The notes under the pieces: model-generated
The model's input: the letters and a program-made list of their open reading frames with translations, nothing else
Database searches by the model: none
Told to the model about the DNA's origin: nothing
Part shown: positions 1 to 11,917 of the stretch, piece by piece
Layout of the letters: each line of letters starts with the position of its first letter
Numbering within the stretch: the stretch's first letter is position 1
Made by a program: the position numbers and the translations under genes
Assembly: GCF_002571385.2 (NCBI RefSeq)
Contig: NW_019217973.1
Span: 113,131 to 177,130 of the forward strand
Length of the DNA stretch: 64,000 bases
Direction: 5' to 3'
Source of the DNA: Stylophora pistillata
Lineage: Eukaryota

Positions 1-330
1 CCTTTTATGTACGGTATGGTTGCTGTAGTCGTAGGGGTTGCGGTGTCGTTTGTTTCGGTAGTGGTAGTGGGTCGGTGAGTGTTTCGTCGGATGAAGTCGT
101 TGTTGTAGTTGTTCTTCGTAAAAACACGGTGAAGGTATTTGTTCTCGTCGGATAAGCTGTCTGTCGAGTCACATACTAGTTGTGCGCGTCGTGTTAGAGT
201 TCTGATAGTTGTGGCTTTGTGTGATGTAGGGTTGTAGGATGACTCGTCTAGTAATCTGTCGGTGTGTGTCGGTTTCCTGTAAACTGTCGTTCGTAATGAG
301 TTGTCGTTGTGGTTTACCAGGCAGTCTAGA
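1..330 (-). mobile_element. Penelope-like retroelement (PLE) reverse-transcriptase C-terminal/thumb fragment, 5'-truncated, continues off the window edge
   Basis: The minus frame is open and reads LDCLVNHNDNSLRTTVYRKPTHTDRLLDESSYNPTSHKATTIRTLTRRAQLVCD...TATIPYIKG. VYRKPTHTD and IPYIKG are typical PLE RT motifs. It is followed at ~337-387 by a short oppositely oriented piece resembling a PLE terminal repeat. Confidence 0.85.
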
Positions 331-1244
331 CTAGGCGATCAGACTACACCTTCACATGTTACCCCCGGGTTCAAACCATTTACTGCATTACGTAATGTCT
401 GCAACACAAATTCAATGTCTATTTTCTAGGGAAAGTGCCAGTAGCTGGGTAATAAGTTATGGCCCAATGATAGTATAAGACAAAGGTTATACACACATAC
501 CATTATATTAATTGTAATATTTTTCTTAGAAGTAAAAACTTCGTTTAAAATTTCCTTCCAAAAATTCTAAATAAGAGGAGACTCAAATTTTTAAGATTGC
601 ATGCCTTCTCACATTAAGCACATGGACAAGATGTACAAGATCTCAGTAATTTCAAACAGTTCTTTGTTTCAGCTTTCATTTGGTATAAGTTTCATTCTGA
701 AAAATTTAATTTTAAAAAAGTGAAAATTTCAGTGTCTCATGTGGAATTGCCCTCATGATAAAAGTGATAAAAGAATCATTGAGTAGTCAGGTCATTCTCC
801 AATTCATTTATTTTTTCCTCCTTATTTTAGACCTCAATATCCTTTATAAAAATATCGGAAGAATTTAAAAAAATGTAATGTTTTTCAGGAATTTGTATTT
901 TGTAGTTGTATTTTACTAGGTTATAAGATTCTGATTTTACTGATATCTTGTTTGTGAATCACTGATGAATCAAGTTAAAAGTTAGGGTAAATTGATCTTC
1001 ACTTGTAAAGGAAAAGATTAGATTACCAGAAGTTCATTAGCCATCAGTTAGTTGGAGCCTTGAAATTAGCTGTAGATCATATTTTATGCTAAAAAATTGA
1101 TCTATCCCACAATGATAAAAAAACATCACATTAACCTTGAAATAAAAAAACCCCTTATTTATGAAAATGTAAAGCTAAATATAATATTCCAGCTACAAGT
1201 AACAGTTCAATATGGACCATTCAGCACACTTCTAACTCAAGCTG

Positions 1245-4200
1245 TTATCGCAAGTTCTTAAGTATGGTGAGCGGTTTCATAACTTGTCTCAGCTTCTCTG
1301 ATCTTTGTGAATAAGTTGACAAATTGTCACCTGGAAATTTTGCTTGGTAAATATCAGGATAGGACTTCTCAAACTACCAAACAAAATAACAAATCAAGAT
1401 AATCATGTTTGCTTTTACAATCTTAGTAATACAAATATAATAATAAAAAATATAAAAAATAAAATATAAAATATAATATAAAAATTTTATTTATATAAAA
1501 TATAAATATAATATTAAGCAGAATAAAGACAAGAGTGATGCTACCTGAGTGCAACAACTTACAACTTAATTGTTTAGTCCTCTTGCCACACTTCACTCTG
1601 CCTACATGTACTCTATTCTGGACCCTATCCCTCCAATCCCTTTTTTATCTCTGCTATAAACACTTACATGTTTACATCGTCACCTCCCTCTTGACAGTAA
1701 TTGCCTTGCCCACCCCCCTCCTCTCAAGAGAGGTGCAGATTTACAGCTGTGGAAGGAGTATTCGTTTTTCTCAAGTCCAACATTCATGAATTACTGCTTA
1801 TTTTGAGTATTAAAATTGTTTGCACACTACTTATGGGGTCAGGCAACAAAATAAATAAATTAATAGGTGTCATATCTATCAAAGCATACCACTTTGAGTT
1901 GCTTCTTTCTTTCCTTTGTACCTATACTCTCATCTTCCACAATTTTGTTGAGTAGATCCTTTAGGGAACGTTGAGATGTGATCAGGGCTTGTTCTTTGTA
2001 CTCTTCAGGGGTGACCCTTTGACAAAATGATACTGTGGGACATTCAGATGGAACAATTGACTGAAAAAAATATAAACAAAAAGAATTAAACAATCACCAA
2101 ATTACATTTAGAAAAATAATTGTTGATCATAACTTAGCCAGTGACCAGGCTCTCGTTATTAGCACTGTAGCACAAGTGTTTCTTTGCCTGCAGGAAAGTT
2201 AGAGGCCTTGAGAACAGCAAGCTGAGGAGAGGTCCCACAACTCTTGCAGACATCTCATCAGCTCACCCCAAACAAACCAAGCTAAGGAGAGGTCCCACAA
2301 CTCTTGCAAAAATTTCACTAGCTCACCCCAAACTTTCTTGTAAGTGAAGAAACACCCCTGCTGCAGCACCTACAGGGGGCCTTCTTGAAGGCTAACTATA
2401 ACTCTCTGACATTGCCACTTGATATACATAAAGTAAAAACAGACTTTGCTTTGTCGACAATTCCTCAAAAACAAGAGCCTTTGGTCCACTTGAAATTCAA
2501 GTCCTTCAGGGTTCTGAAATGACAACAGATTAGCAAGCATAAAACAGTCTGTCAATGAAAGAAACCTTTACTGCAAATTAGGAATCTCTGATGAGAAACA
2601 ATCTGAGTTGAACTTGTAGTAAAAACCAGCCGTGCCACAAACTTGAGACATCTATAGATGTAAAGAAGTTTTTCTCTTTTTGGGATTAAAAATTTCAAGA
2701 ATTTCTTTTAAGATTTGATAGGAGATAAGTTCCATTAGACAGGAAAAATCACAAATTAAAATAAGCTACCTCTCCATGAAAAAAGGTAGGAATCAGCCTT
2801 AGCAAGGTCTGTCAGTTAAACTCTAGCCAATTGGGTAATGCTGTGTGTACAATCCTTGTCCTACAGTTGGAGATAAATCTCAGCTGAAGTGTAGATGTTG
2901 CAGTGAGTGTTACCATTGGCCCCTACCTTGAAATATTCTGGAAACTTTTCCATCATAAAATACACAAGTCGTATAGCATCCATGTCTGCAGTTACACCAA
3001 ACACAACATGGCTAAAGGACTGGATAAGCTGTCAATATCACAATGGAATGGCACTGAAATTCTCCACACAGAATCAATGTCTTAAGGTAACTTAAAAAAA
3101 AAAAACATATCATATGGTCTGACCATCCAGGTGAGAGCAGTCCTGAGGAGGAATGCTGTCATCACCTCAGTCAACTCAACTCTGCTCATGACGTCCCAAA
3201 GGGTTGTCAAAATGTTACTCACTGATACAGTGACTAAACCCACTCAGAGGATCAGACTTCACAATAAATAAAAGGCTTCCTCACCATTTCTTTGGTTGGT
3301 AAATCATCACTTATGGAGATCACATGGTTATCCATGAGTCGAACCATAAATTTTAACAACATTTGTAGTAACTCTCTGTTTTTTACTGGAATCATCAAAC
3401 AGCAATACTGTAGGGAGCGTATGGCAGTTAACTTACAATTGAAGAGAAAGTCTAGGAAAAAAACAACAACAACTGAAAGTTAAACTAGTCTTTGTCACCT
3501 ATATATATCTACTTTCAGTGATAATTTCGCCTTTTCTTTCAGGGAGAAGAAAAATCCTTGGGATTTACATCTAGCCTGTAGTATTTACAAAATTTATCAG
3601 GACTTTTTAAAAAGTTAATTTACCAACTGTTTTTTTGAAGACTCCTAACAAATGTCTTGGAACAAGTGGGCACTTCTGCTCATCTTCAAAGAAACCAACA
3701 ACGGCTTTGAACACATCACGCTCAAATCCAGCATACTTGGGCAAGCTTTGATTTTCAGAGTAACCACCATTTGGCCCTGGTAACAATGAAGTAATAGCTA
3801 CAATAATTATAACAACATAGATAATAATTATATCAATAAATATAATAACAATCATCACAAATAGGATAATGATGATATAGATGACTATGTTTTGACTTAA
3901 TACATTGTAGCTTTTTCAGTTTTAGACTATATCAAGCTCTAGCTCCATAGAGATGATGCAAAAAGAATAGACAAATAACAAGGTAGTGGAGGGTGAGGGG
4001 GGAGGGGGGGTCAGGTATTGCCATCCACCCTGTTTAGTTTCCAAAGGCCCACAGGTAGGCAAAAACTATCAAGCTATTAACATCCTTACAGTGTATCAGG
4101 CACTTCATTGCAGATATCAGCCACTGTGGCAGGACTTCACCAGCTGTTGAGTGACAAAAAAAAAAAAAAAACAGTTCTTTACATGTATAGTGCTGTTATA

Positions 4201-5889
4201 CCAGGATTTAGAGTGAACTTTTTTTTTTTCTTTTATATTTATATTTACACAGGATAGCCCCTTCAGTGTAGTAAACACTGGTATCAACTGGGGTCCTGTT
4301 ACCCACCCATTCCACCCCAGGGGAGGACATCCACCACACTGTAATCTCGTGCGTGGGAAATTAACGTCTCCCACCCCTAACCCTGCAGGAGACGGGACCT
4401 CCATGTACTTGTCCCTATCCAAGAAGACTAGAATATCTAACCATATCTTGATGTTATAGAAAGGTAGCATATTCTTCTCAATTATTTTAAGATCCCGAGT
4501 CCGGCCGGGGCTCGAACCCTCAACCTCCCGTATAACAGTCCAGCGCTCTATCCATTGAGCTAACCGGGAGGCGGTTAGCTCGATGGCTTCAAAACTTAAC
4601 AATTCTTTTTTCTATTTGTTTTTCAGATACAAATAGCAATCCTCACCTCTTGGGATCCTCTGAAGTTGTGAATTGTGCCACACGCAACTGGTGTCATATC
4701 CTCCAATTTTCAAGGAGTTAAGGATTGAATCATCAAGATCTAGAAGCCTTCTTAACCTGGAAAAATATACAAGAAAATGTTAGAGCCAATCCTGAGCTGA
4801 AACCCCATAATGAGTGGATCCAAGAGAGGGTTTTTAATTTGTATGTCATCCGTCATTCACTTCCCTTTCAAAAGAATACAAACGTTCAAAACATCGCAGG
4901 CTGTACATTAAGTGGCTTGCCAACATACCGGGTGGTAGCAATGTTCCACCAGACTTCACTGATTTCTCTCTCTGTTAGGGATCGCCGATTTTCGGCAACA
5001 AGGGCTGCTGGGTTCATTATAACGTCCTCCAGGTCACCGTGCTGTATATTACTCCTTCTCCGTTTCAAGGAGCTTTTAATTTGTCTTCGTTTTGGATCAG
5101 TTCTTCTTGCACTCCAAACATTCACTTTATTAACAAGCGGTGTTCTTGATGGTGCTGCACCCATGGACCTCAGGTTATATGTACTCTTTACCACTGGTTT
5201 TGTGATTCTCGGATAATCTGGGCCTTCTTCCTCTGTCAATTCTTCGATTGGTGTTTCATCCTTATAAATCGAATTCATTACCTTGTCCTCTGAAGTTTTT
5301 CCTTCATCCCTTGCTTTCTGTTCTACAGGTTTCTCACTTTTTAGAGATTGAGTTGTCTTGTACGGGGAATAACGCGCTTTATCTGAAAATCGATACAAAT
5401 GGTTATTATCTTCGAACATTCCATTATATTGCTTTCCGCGCGCATCCGTTAGAATACCGTTTTTCAGAAACTTTTGGCACAGCTGCACAGCCTGTTGTCG
5501 AGCTACATCAGCTCCAAAATTGGGATTATCTTTCAAAAACCCGTGAAGCCAATCCAAAGCTTCTGAAGCAACAAACACATCTTCATAAACTTTCATCCGC
5601 CATCTTCTTCTTTTCACTGGAACATTGAGTTTCATCTGATGAACAACTTCATTCCACTGTTAAAAAAAGCACCATATTGAAACCTGTTAGAACCTTGAAG
5701 GCATTAATTTAGATAAATCTTAAAAATACTTTTATCGAATTCAAAATCTAATAAAAATTACATGCAATAAGAAGCGATTGAAAGAAAGTCCACGAACATC
5801 GTTTCCGAACTTAGAAAGACACTTACAAGTTTCGTCGCAGAAAACGGACCTCTGTTTAAATCACTACTGCTTTCCGTGTTGTCATTCAT
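1245..5889 (-). CDS. DEPDC1: DEP domain-containing protein 1 (DEP + RhoGAP-like), multi-exon
   Basis: Exon 1 (5827-5889) MNDNTESSSDLNRGPFSATKL splices GT-AG to exon 2 (4929-5656) WNEVVHQMKLNVPVKRRRW...EALDWLHGFLKDNPNFGADVARQQAVQLCQKFLKN. Further exons: 4647-4756, ~4090-4143 (LPQWLISAMKCLIHW), ~3623-3776 (YAGFERDVFK), ~3285-3410, ~2770-3083, ~2570-2652, ~1890-2060 (FCQRVTPEEYKEQ), and last exon FEKSYPDIYQAKFP...KNLR* with stop at 1245-1247. These motifs match DEPDC1A/B. Confidence 0.9.
4225..4573 (-). mobile_element. tRNA-derived SINE, family A copy 1 (DEPDC1 intron)
   Basis: Minus strand begins CCGCCTCCCGGTTAGCTCAATGG (A box) ... GGTTCGAGCCCCGG (B box). The body is nearly identical to copies at ~19230 and ~46600. 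Confidence 0.85.
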
Positions 5890-5980
5890 TTTAAAAAACT
5901 CTTATTACACATACGCATTCATAAAATTCATTATTTCGTCTTCGAAACGACACATTCCTACGCATCGAGAAAGACAAGAA

Positions 5981-6026
5981 GCCATTTTGAAATTCGCCCC
6001 AACAACAAATCTTTGCTGTGATTGGA
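5981..6026 (-). promoter_or_regulatory. Putative DEPDC1 proximal promoter: CCAAT box plus GC-rich/TTTGAA (CDE/CHR-like) element and AAAATGGC (YY1-like) motif
   Basis: ATTGG at 6021-6025 and GCCATTTTGAAATTCGCCCC at 5981-6000, about 100-135 bp upstream of the ATG. Confidence 0.35.
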
Positions 6027-6655
6027 CAAACATCCAACCGAGAGCCCCGGGAACAGGTAAGCCCGCAACTTGGATTTTTGTCAATGGGTGCAGGGTGCAC
6101 GTTAACTGCGCTCTTGTCATTAATGTGAAACATATTATACTGTTCCTTTCCGATTTTCCGAGGCAGTGAGTTTCTGTTCCCTCTACATTAATCTAAATCG
6201 GGCACTGAACACAGCTTAGGAGGCAGGCCGCTTCTTGAGAAAAGCAAATTGTTTGCTCAATTTTAGCTCCTTTGAGTCTACACATAAAGGAAAAACAAGG
6301 GTAGTTTTTTTCTTATCCTTAGAAGAACTTGAATTGGGAGGCTAGCTTGCTCTCCTATCTACGTCTTTGTCTATTAATGCAATGACATTTTCTTTTTCTC
6401 GTCCTGCCTTGTATTCATTCCGACTGATTTGTCTATCTGACTTTTAAAGGGAGTAGGTGTGGTCCAGTGCGGCTAAAGTTAGGGTGTTGCCAACATGTTT
6501 CCCTTTAATGTAGAGTAGGGCTGCCTAAGTGTTTCCACCATTGACGCTAACACCAAAATAATAAATGAGTTAAAGTCTGCCATCGAAATGGTACTTTATT
6601 ATGCAGCCACAACATTAAGGATACAACTTGAGTATAAGAGTTGAGCTTGCCCTCA

Positions 6656-9600
6656 TCAGTTAAATAGCAAAGAGATCCAGCAGCTAGGCTGAGGGTACAT
6701 TTCACAAACAAGTTTAACAGTTCCAGTTTTGTTATACAATAATTGTTCTTCTTGTATCCATGGTCCTGTCAAAAAGAACTCTGTGTTTTGGGTTTGAGCA
6801 ACAGTGATGATGGAGTCAGTGGTTTTTTCCTTTAGGATTTGAACTACACCGAGTGCTTCCTTGATGTTTACAAAGTCTTTTCTGAATATCATTCTGCTGG
6901 TTGCTCTGGTTTTAGTATATGTTCTTTCAACTGTGAATTCTGCTGCTTCCAAAGTTTTTCTCTTCCCGAATATTTTTCTCTTGTTCAGACTTGGAGGCAG
7001 TTTCATTTTGAAAGAATGTTCAACACTCCTTGATATGGAATTCAAAGCTGTAGCCAGTTCTTTGAGAGAGAAAAAAAATTATTGAAATGGCATTATTATC
7101 TCTTGCCTGTCAGTTTTTATTTTCAGGGCCTTATATAGTAAAGGAACCGTGCCGCGAAACAAGTCGGAAAGAGTATTATCACTGAAAGACATGGATTTCA
7201 CCATTTTATGCCTGAATAAGCAATTCTTACCTTTCGTAACAATTTGCATTTCAATTGGATAGTGATCACTCACAAGAACTGCCTGAAATTAAATAGCAAG
7301 TACTATGAGAATAACATAAAATATTATAGGAACACTGAACACAGTAATGATTCAGGGGTTTCATTAAAATTTGGAGCAGGAGGGCATCTGGATTTCACAG
7401 GCGAGCATCTGTCTGCAAGGCCCAAAGGGCCTTGCCTTCTTGGGGGCTCGGGGGGGGGGGGGCATGCTCCCCCTAAAATTTTTCAAATTCTACAGTTGCA
7501 GAGATGCAGTTTCCATCATTTTATAGCACAAACTAACATCCCAAAGTTACCAGCTCTTTTTAAATTATGATTTGATGCATCAGTCAACAGACAAATTAGT
7601 AGATTTGCTTTTGCAACATTTGGTTGCATGGTAAGGTCACTATAAGCTGTTATAGTAACATCATGTATTTCATTATTTGCCAAGTTCTCGGAAGGCGTTG
7701 TTTCTCTGCAGCTATCATTTGCTGGGATCTCAGATGACACGACGGTTTCTGCGCAAATATAGCGTGGAATATAAGTGTAAACGATTGATAAGTTGTTCGT
7801 TTCAGAGGGTCTATGATTTCAATAAAAGTATAAAAAACGAAAAGGTGTTGGCGTTAGATTTCCTCTATTTTCTAATCTTACTAAGATGGTTCTGCTAACA
7901 AACACACGGGGTTAAAAAGTTCTTTTCTTTACAGTTGCCGTGAACGAAAGATTTCTGTTACCACACGAGTAGAGTTTATGCATTCCACCATCCACAGACA
8001 CAGACGAAGAAAAGTTAGCAGCTTCTACAACAAATTGACTTTCAGTTCCCGTCACTCGCAGAAGATTCAAATTTCAAAAGTAAATCAGAAAAGAATGGAG
8101 CTTTTGGGGCAATTTTCAATCACTATGGGTGCGGCATGTCTTTCTGAACATAACTCAAAACTTTAATTTAGTGCCAACTGGTTGTACCATTTACGTAATG
8201 ATACGTCTTGCAACTCGAGCCGGCGGGGAAGAAATTGGTCACGTGCTAGGCAACCAGTTGAGAGAGCTAGCCGACTAAGATAACAATCTTAGAGAAAATA
8301 AACTTCGTGTATTTGATAAAAAATGGAAAAACTAATTTATTCCAAGTACTGCTATTTTTTTATGATTTGGCTTTACTGAAGGCACTTACCGCGACAAACC
8401 GTGAACCGGAGATTTCTGAATCCAATGTGCTAATTTATTTTAATTTACAGCATTCAGCCGTTTTTAGTCTCGTCACGCAACGCTCCTCCCCATTCATCAG
8501 GCAGATTTAAATCTGCCTTATGAGTGCTTAACGCACGAAACTCAGAGTTGCAGCGAACCATGTGTATTTTTTTCTAGTCACTTAATGTTATATAAGTTTA
8601 AATATATTTTTTTTAGAAGACACATTAGGAAAACATAGGAAAGTGACTTTTATATTTTTCTTATGGTTGAGATGTTAAAAGCAGCCGGGCAATGTCGTCT
8701 TCACAGCCGGTCAATTTTCCCGGTGCCCGGCCCTTAATGAAACCCCTCCAGTAATGTATGGGCTTGAAATAATACCATGGTCTCATTGATATCCAACTCT
8801 TGGTCATATTTATAACTCTCCGCACTTGACGCAATAACTGCATTCAACATGGCATCTCCAGCAACAACGAATCTGGAAAAAGGCAAGATGAGAGAATCAA
8901 AACCTCTGAGGACTAGCGTGGTTAACCGGCAGCAAATGTGAACTAATACTGAGTGCAGTGCAGTGCAGTGCAGTGCAGTGCAGTGCACTGAATCTAATAA
9001 GACTGAGGAAACCTACAATCTAAGCACATTAAAGTGACAAGATATCTACTTCAAGAGAACTTTAATCATAAAACATCCGGTTAAACTCTAACTGACCGGT
9101 CATAGGCACACTGTTCTCCAGCTACAGTGGTATCTACGCAATCAGAAATGAGCCAATGAAATCGCACGTCATTGGCCAATCGATTGGTTTTCCATTTGCT
9201 GTCACTCATGAAGCTGCAGGCTGCATTTAAGTCACCAAGGATTATCACGTCTGTTATGTTAAGTTTCCTGATAACGTCGTCGTATACAACAACAAGTTCG
9301 TCTATTTCTTCGTTAGCTTTCGCCGGAGAAGTGTGAATAGCAACAAGCACAAAATCTGTGATATCTGTTAAAAAAAAGTAAAGATTAAAAACTAGTATGA
9401 CATGACTATTGGAGCGTAAACATTCAAGGAAACTAACTTAATGCGGTAGAGGTGTTTAGTCTAAAAAAGCCTCATCGGATTACGTTCGATATGATACGTC
9501 ATATCCTTGTTCTGGATATAAAGAATAAAACCAATCAGACTTTCGCCAGTCAAAGCGTGATCTTGTAGGGTACACTAGAGAAGCCTCCTATCATAATCTC

Positions 9601-10170
9601 AGACGATCAATGCCAACCTCTGTAAACCCTTCAAACACTCTTCTTTGATCCCAAGTCCCCTCGGGGTTTGACTACATACTTACCGGTCACTGAAGAGTAA
9701 AAGTGAACAATATATGGTTCCCTTTCAAAAGTATCACTCTGAAGATCTTCTCGGCCGTCATCGTAGGTATAATTATGTTTAACAGATAAAACGTCTTTCC
9801 TGTAAAGAATAAGGCTTCATTCAAGTTATTGTCAAGTACACTAAGGGGACTGCTTGGGGTGACCAGAGAGTATTAATATTGAGGGGTTGAGTTCAGAGGG
9901 CTTTCCCAGACAAAAAAGGGTTTAACTGTCTGCTCACAGTCGTCCTCGGCATTGTTATACGCATCGTGGACGCGCTTTTTTAGTATCTGCACCGAAACTA
10001 TGGAACTCAATTCCCGAATATATTGAAAGAGCAGAAACAGTCGAAACATTCAAAACTAGGCTTAAGACATTTTTGTTTAAAAAACATTACTGTTAATTAA
10101 TTACTTATTCTTATGTCTTAATAATCTGTTGTTAGGCGCATTGAGATTAGAAATGTGCCCTATAAGCATC

Positions 10171-10211
<41 letters not shown>

Positions 10212-11917
10212 CACTTGTTTAACAAATTTCGTCCATTACTTCATGTTGAGGGAAGAGAACTGGGACGAGTCTGATCTGTCAGTTATGCTTAAAAAAGTAA
10301 AAGGCAGCGACTATGGATGAAGAAAGGCCAACGTTCAGCAGCACAAATCTGTACCAGTAAGAGTACCAGTTTTACGAATGCAAAATCGTTGTATAAGTAA
10401 TAAATTCTCGTTGACCTCACCTAAACAGGAACGCGTATTGTTCTTTGCTTGAAGATCTTCCAAGTCGCGGACTGATGGTGATATCGTAAATCCCTTTAGT
10501 AGAATTTCTGTAGAGTGCAAAAATATAAACAGATAAGGATAAAAGTAGCAATAATAATTGTTATAATAGCAACGAGAATCACACAAAAATGTGTTCTACT
10601 TACAGCACTAAAACGAAAACTGAAACCGTACCATAAAACTTTCAACACGTACTTGTTTACTAGCGACAGCAATTTAAGAATCGCTTTACCAGAGGCATCT
10701 CTGATCTCTTGGATAAGAATGACCTCATAGCGAAGAACAATCTGCAAGCGTCATAGAGAGAACAAAATGACACAATAGTAAACAATTACACAAACAATGG
10801 TCGGTATGACTTATTGTACTCACCCGCTCTCCAAAACGAAATACAGAAGAAGTGCCAGTCGATTAGAAGTACTGACCGTAAGACTGCAAACACCTGAGGG
10901 GGAGGGGGGAGGGGGGGGAGTTTTGAGTGTTTAGCGAGTCTATGTGTTGTCTCTGTCTTCGTTGCACTTAAAGCTTGCCCCATAATGTTACTTGCCGACC
11001 ATAATGTTACTTGCCCCATAATGTTACTAAGAACGATTAGTAATACGTTCATGGCTTTGCAGTGACGTACAGTAACTAGTGAAAGAAGTGGCTATTCTGA
11101 AGGAGGAGGCGAGGGTTCATTCAGTTCATCTTTTTGAAATGGAACAGTCCGTGTGAACTGAACAGCTGTAAGAATAATCAACAAAAAGTCGAGCTAAACT
11201 TAGTTTTCTTTTCCGGTAAAGTAGTTAATTTTCATCGAAACATTTACCGGGATTTTACCTTTTAAAAAAGACAAAGTTCTTTCGCACAACTGGGAATAAA
11301 AAACTGTTTATCGCCCGAACAATCTCGCTCTAATTGGCCTTGTGGTAAGTAAAATGATGCCTCTTTTGCCCGAAAACATTCTCAAAGGAATTTCCGAGAC
11401 AATAATTTAAATGAAACGGGACAGCATCAATGAATTTACCAACATGAACATGAGCAGTCCTCAATAAGTATAACGACGAGTACAACACTAAGGGCAACTG
11501 TAAAACAGCAGCATAAGATCATAAGATATTACAATGTCCCTTCTCTGCCCAAAAGTTTCTTTCCTTTGCACCAACAAAGCTACAAACTAACAACACACCG
11601 GCTACTGCAGCAATCACACTCGAAAAAAGACAAACATGAGCTACACCAACCTTAACAAGAAGTTCTGGTATTCCTGGTGTCGCCATTTTCTTCTTGCCAA
11701 ATATTTGGACGTTGAAAGCTGCAATTTTCAGATTGGTGGGCTCTTTCTGTGAATTGTCTCTTCGCATTCGTGACTTGTGCTCATCAGGAAACTCAGCAAA
11801 GAATGGCCGCTGAATGTTTTCGGCAGCATGCACATGCTGGCTAGCTTTATCAAAATTTTCGTTGAGGAAAAACAGGGAAAGTGTCGCAACGAAACAAGCC
11901 AAAGTGGTAAAACCCAT
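6656..11917 (-). CDS. Secreted deoxyribonuclease I-family nuclease with N-terminal pro-region and C-terminal extension
   Basis: Exons: ~11651-11917 (signal peptide MGFTTLACFVATLSLFF...LKIAAFNVQIFG), ~10652-10741 (YEVILIQEIRD), 10421-10507 (SPRLGRSSSKEQYAFLFR), ~9683-9799 (YDDG...DTFEREP), ~9098-9365 (VAIHTSP, GDLNAAC, WLISDCVDTT, CAYDR), ~8776-8872 (FVVAG), 7231-7282 (SDHYPIE) and 6656-7059. All canonical DNase I motifs are present. Confidence 0.92.
8952..8988. repeat. (GTGCA)n pentanucleotide microsatellite
   Basis: gagtgcagtgcagtgcagtgcagtgcagtgcagtgca. Confidence 0.95.
10172..10210. repeat. (TAT)n microsatellite
   Basis: Run of ttattattatt... Confidence 0.95.

Noticed and set aside
4117-4602. 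161-aa minus ORF
   Set aside because: It is a read-through of the tRNA-derived SINE and the adjoining DEPDC1 intron, not a gene.
4725-5628. Plus-strand ORFs of 163 and 126 aa
   Set aside because: Antisense shadows of DEPDC1 exon 2 with no independent protein features.
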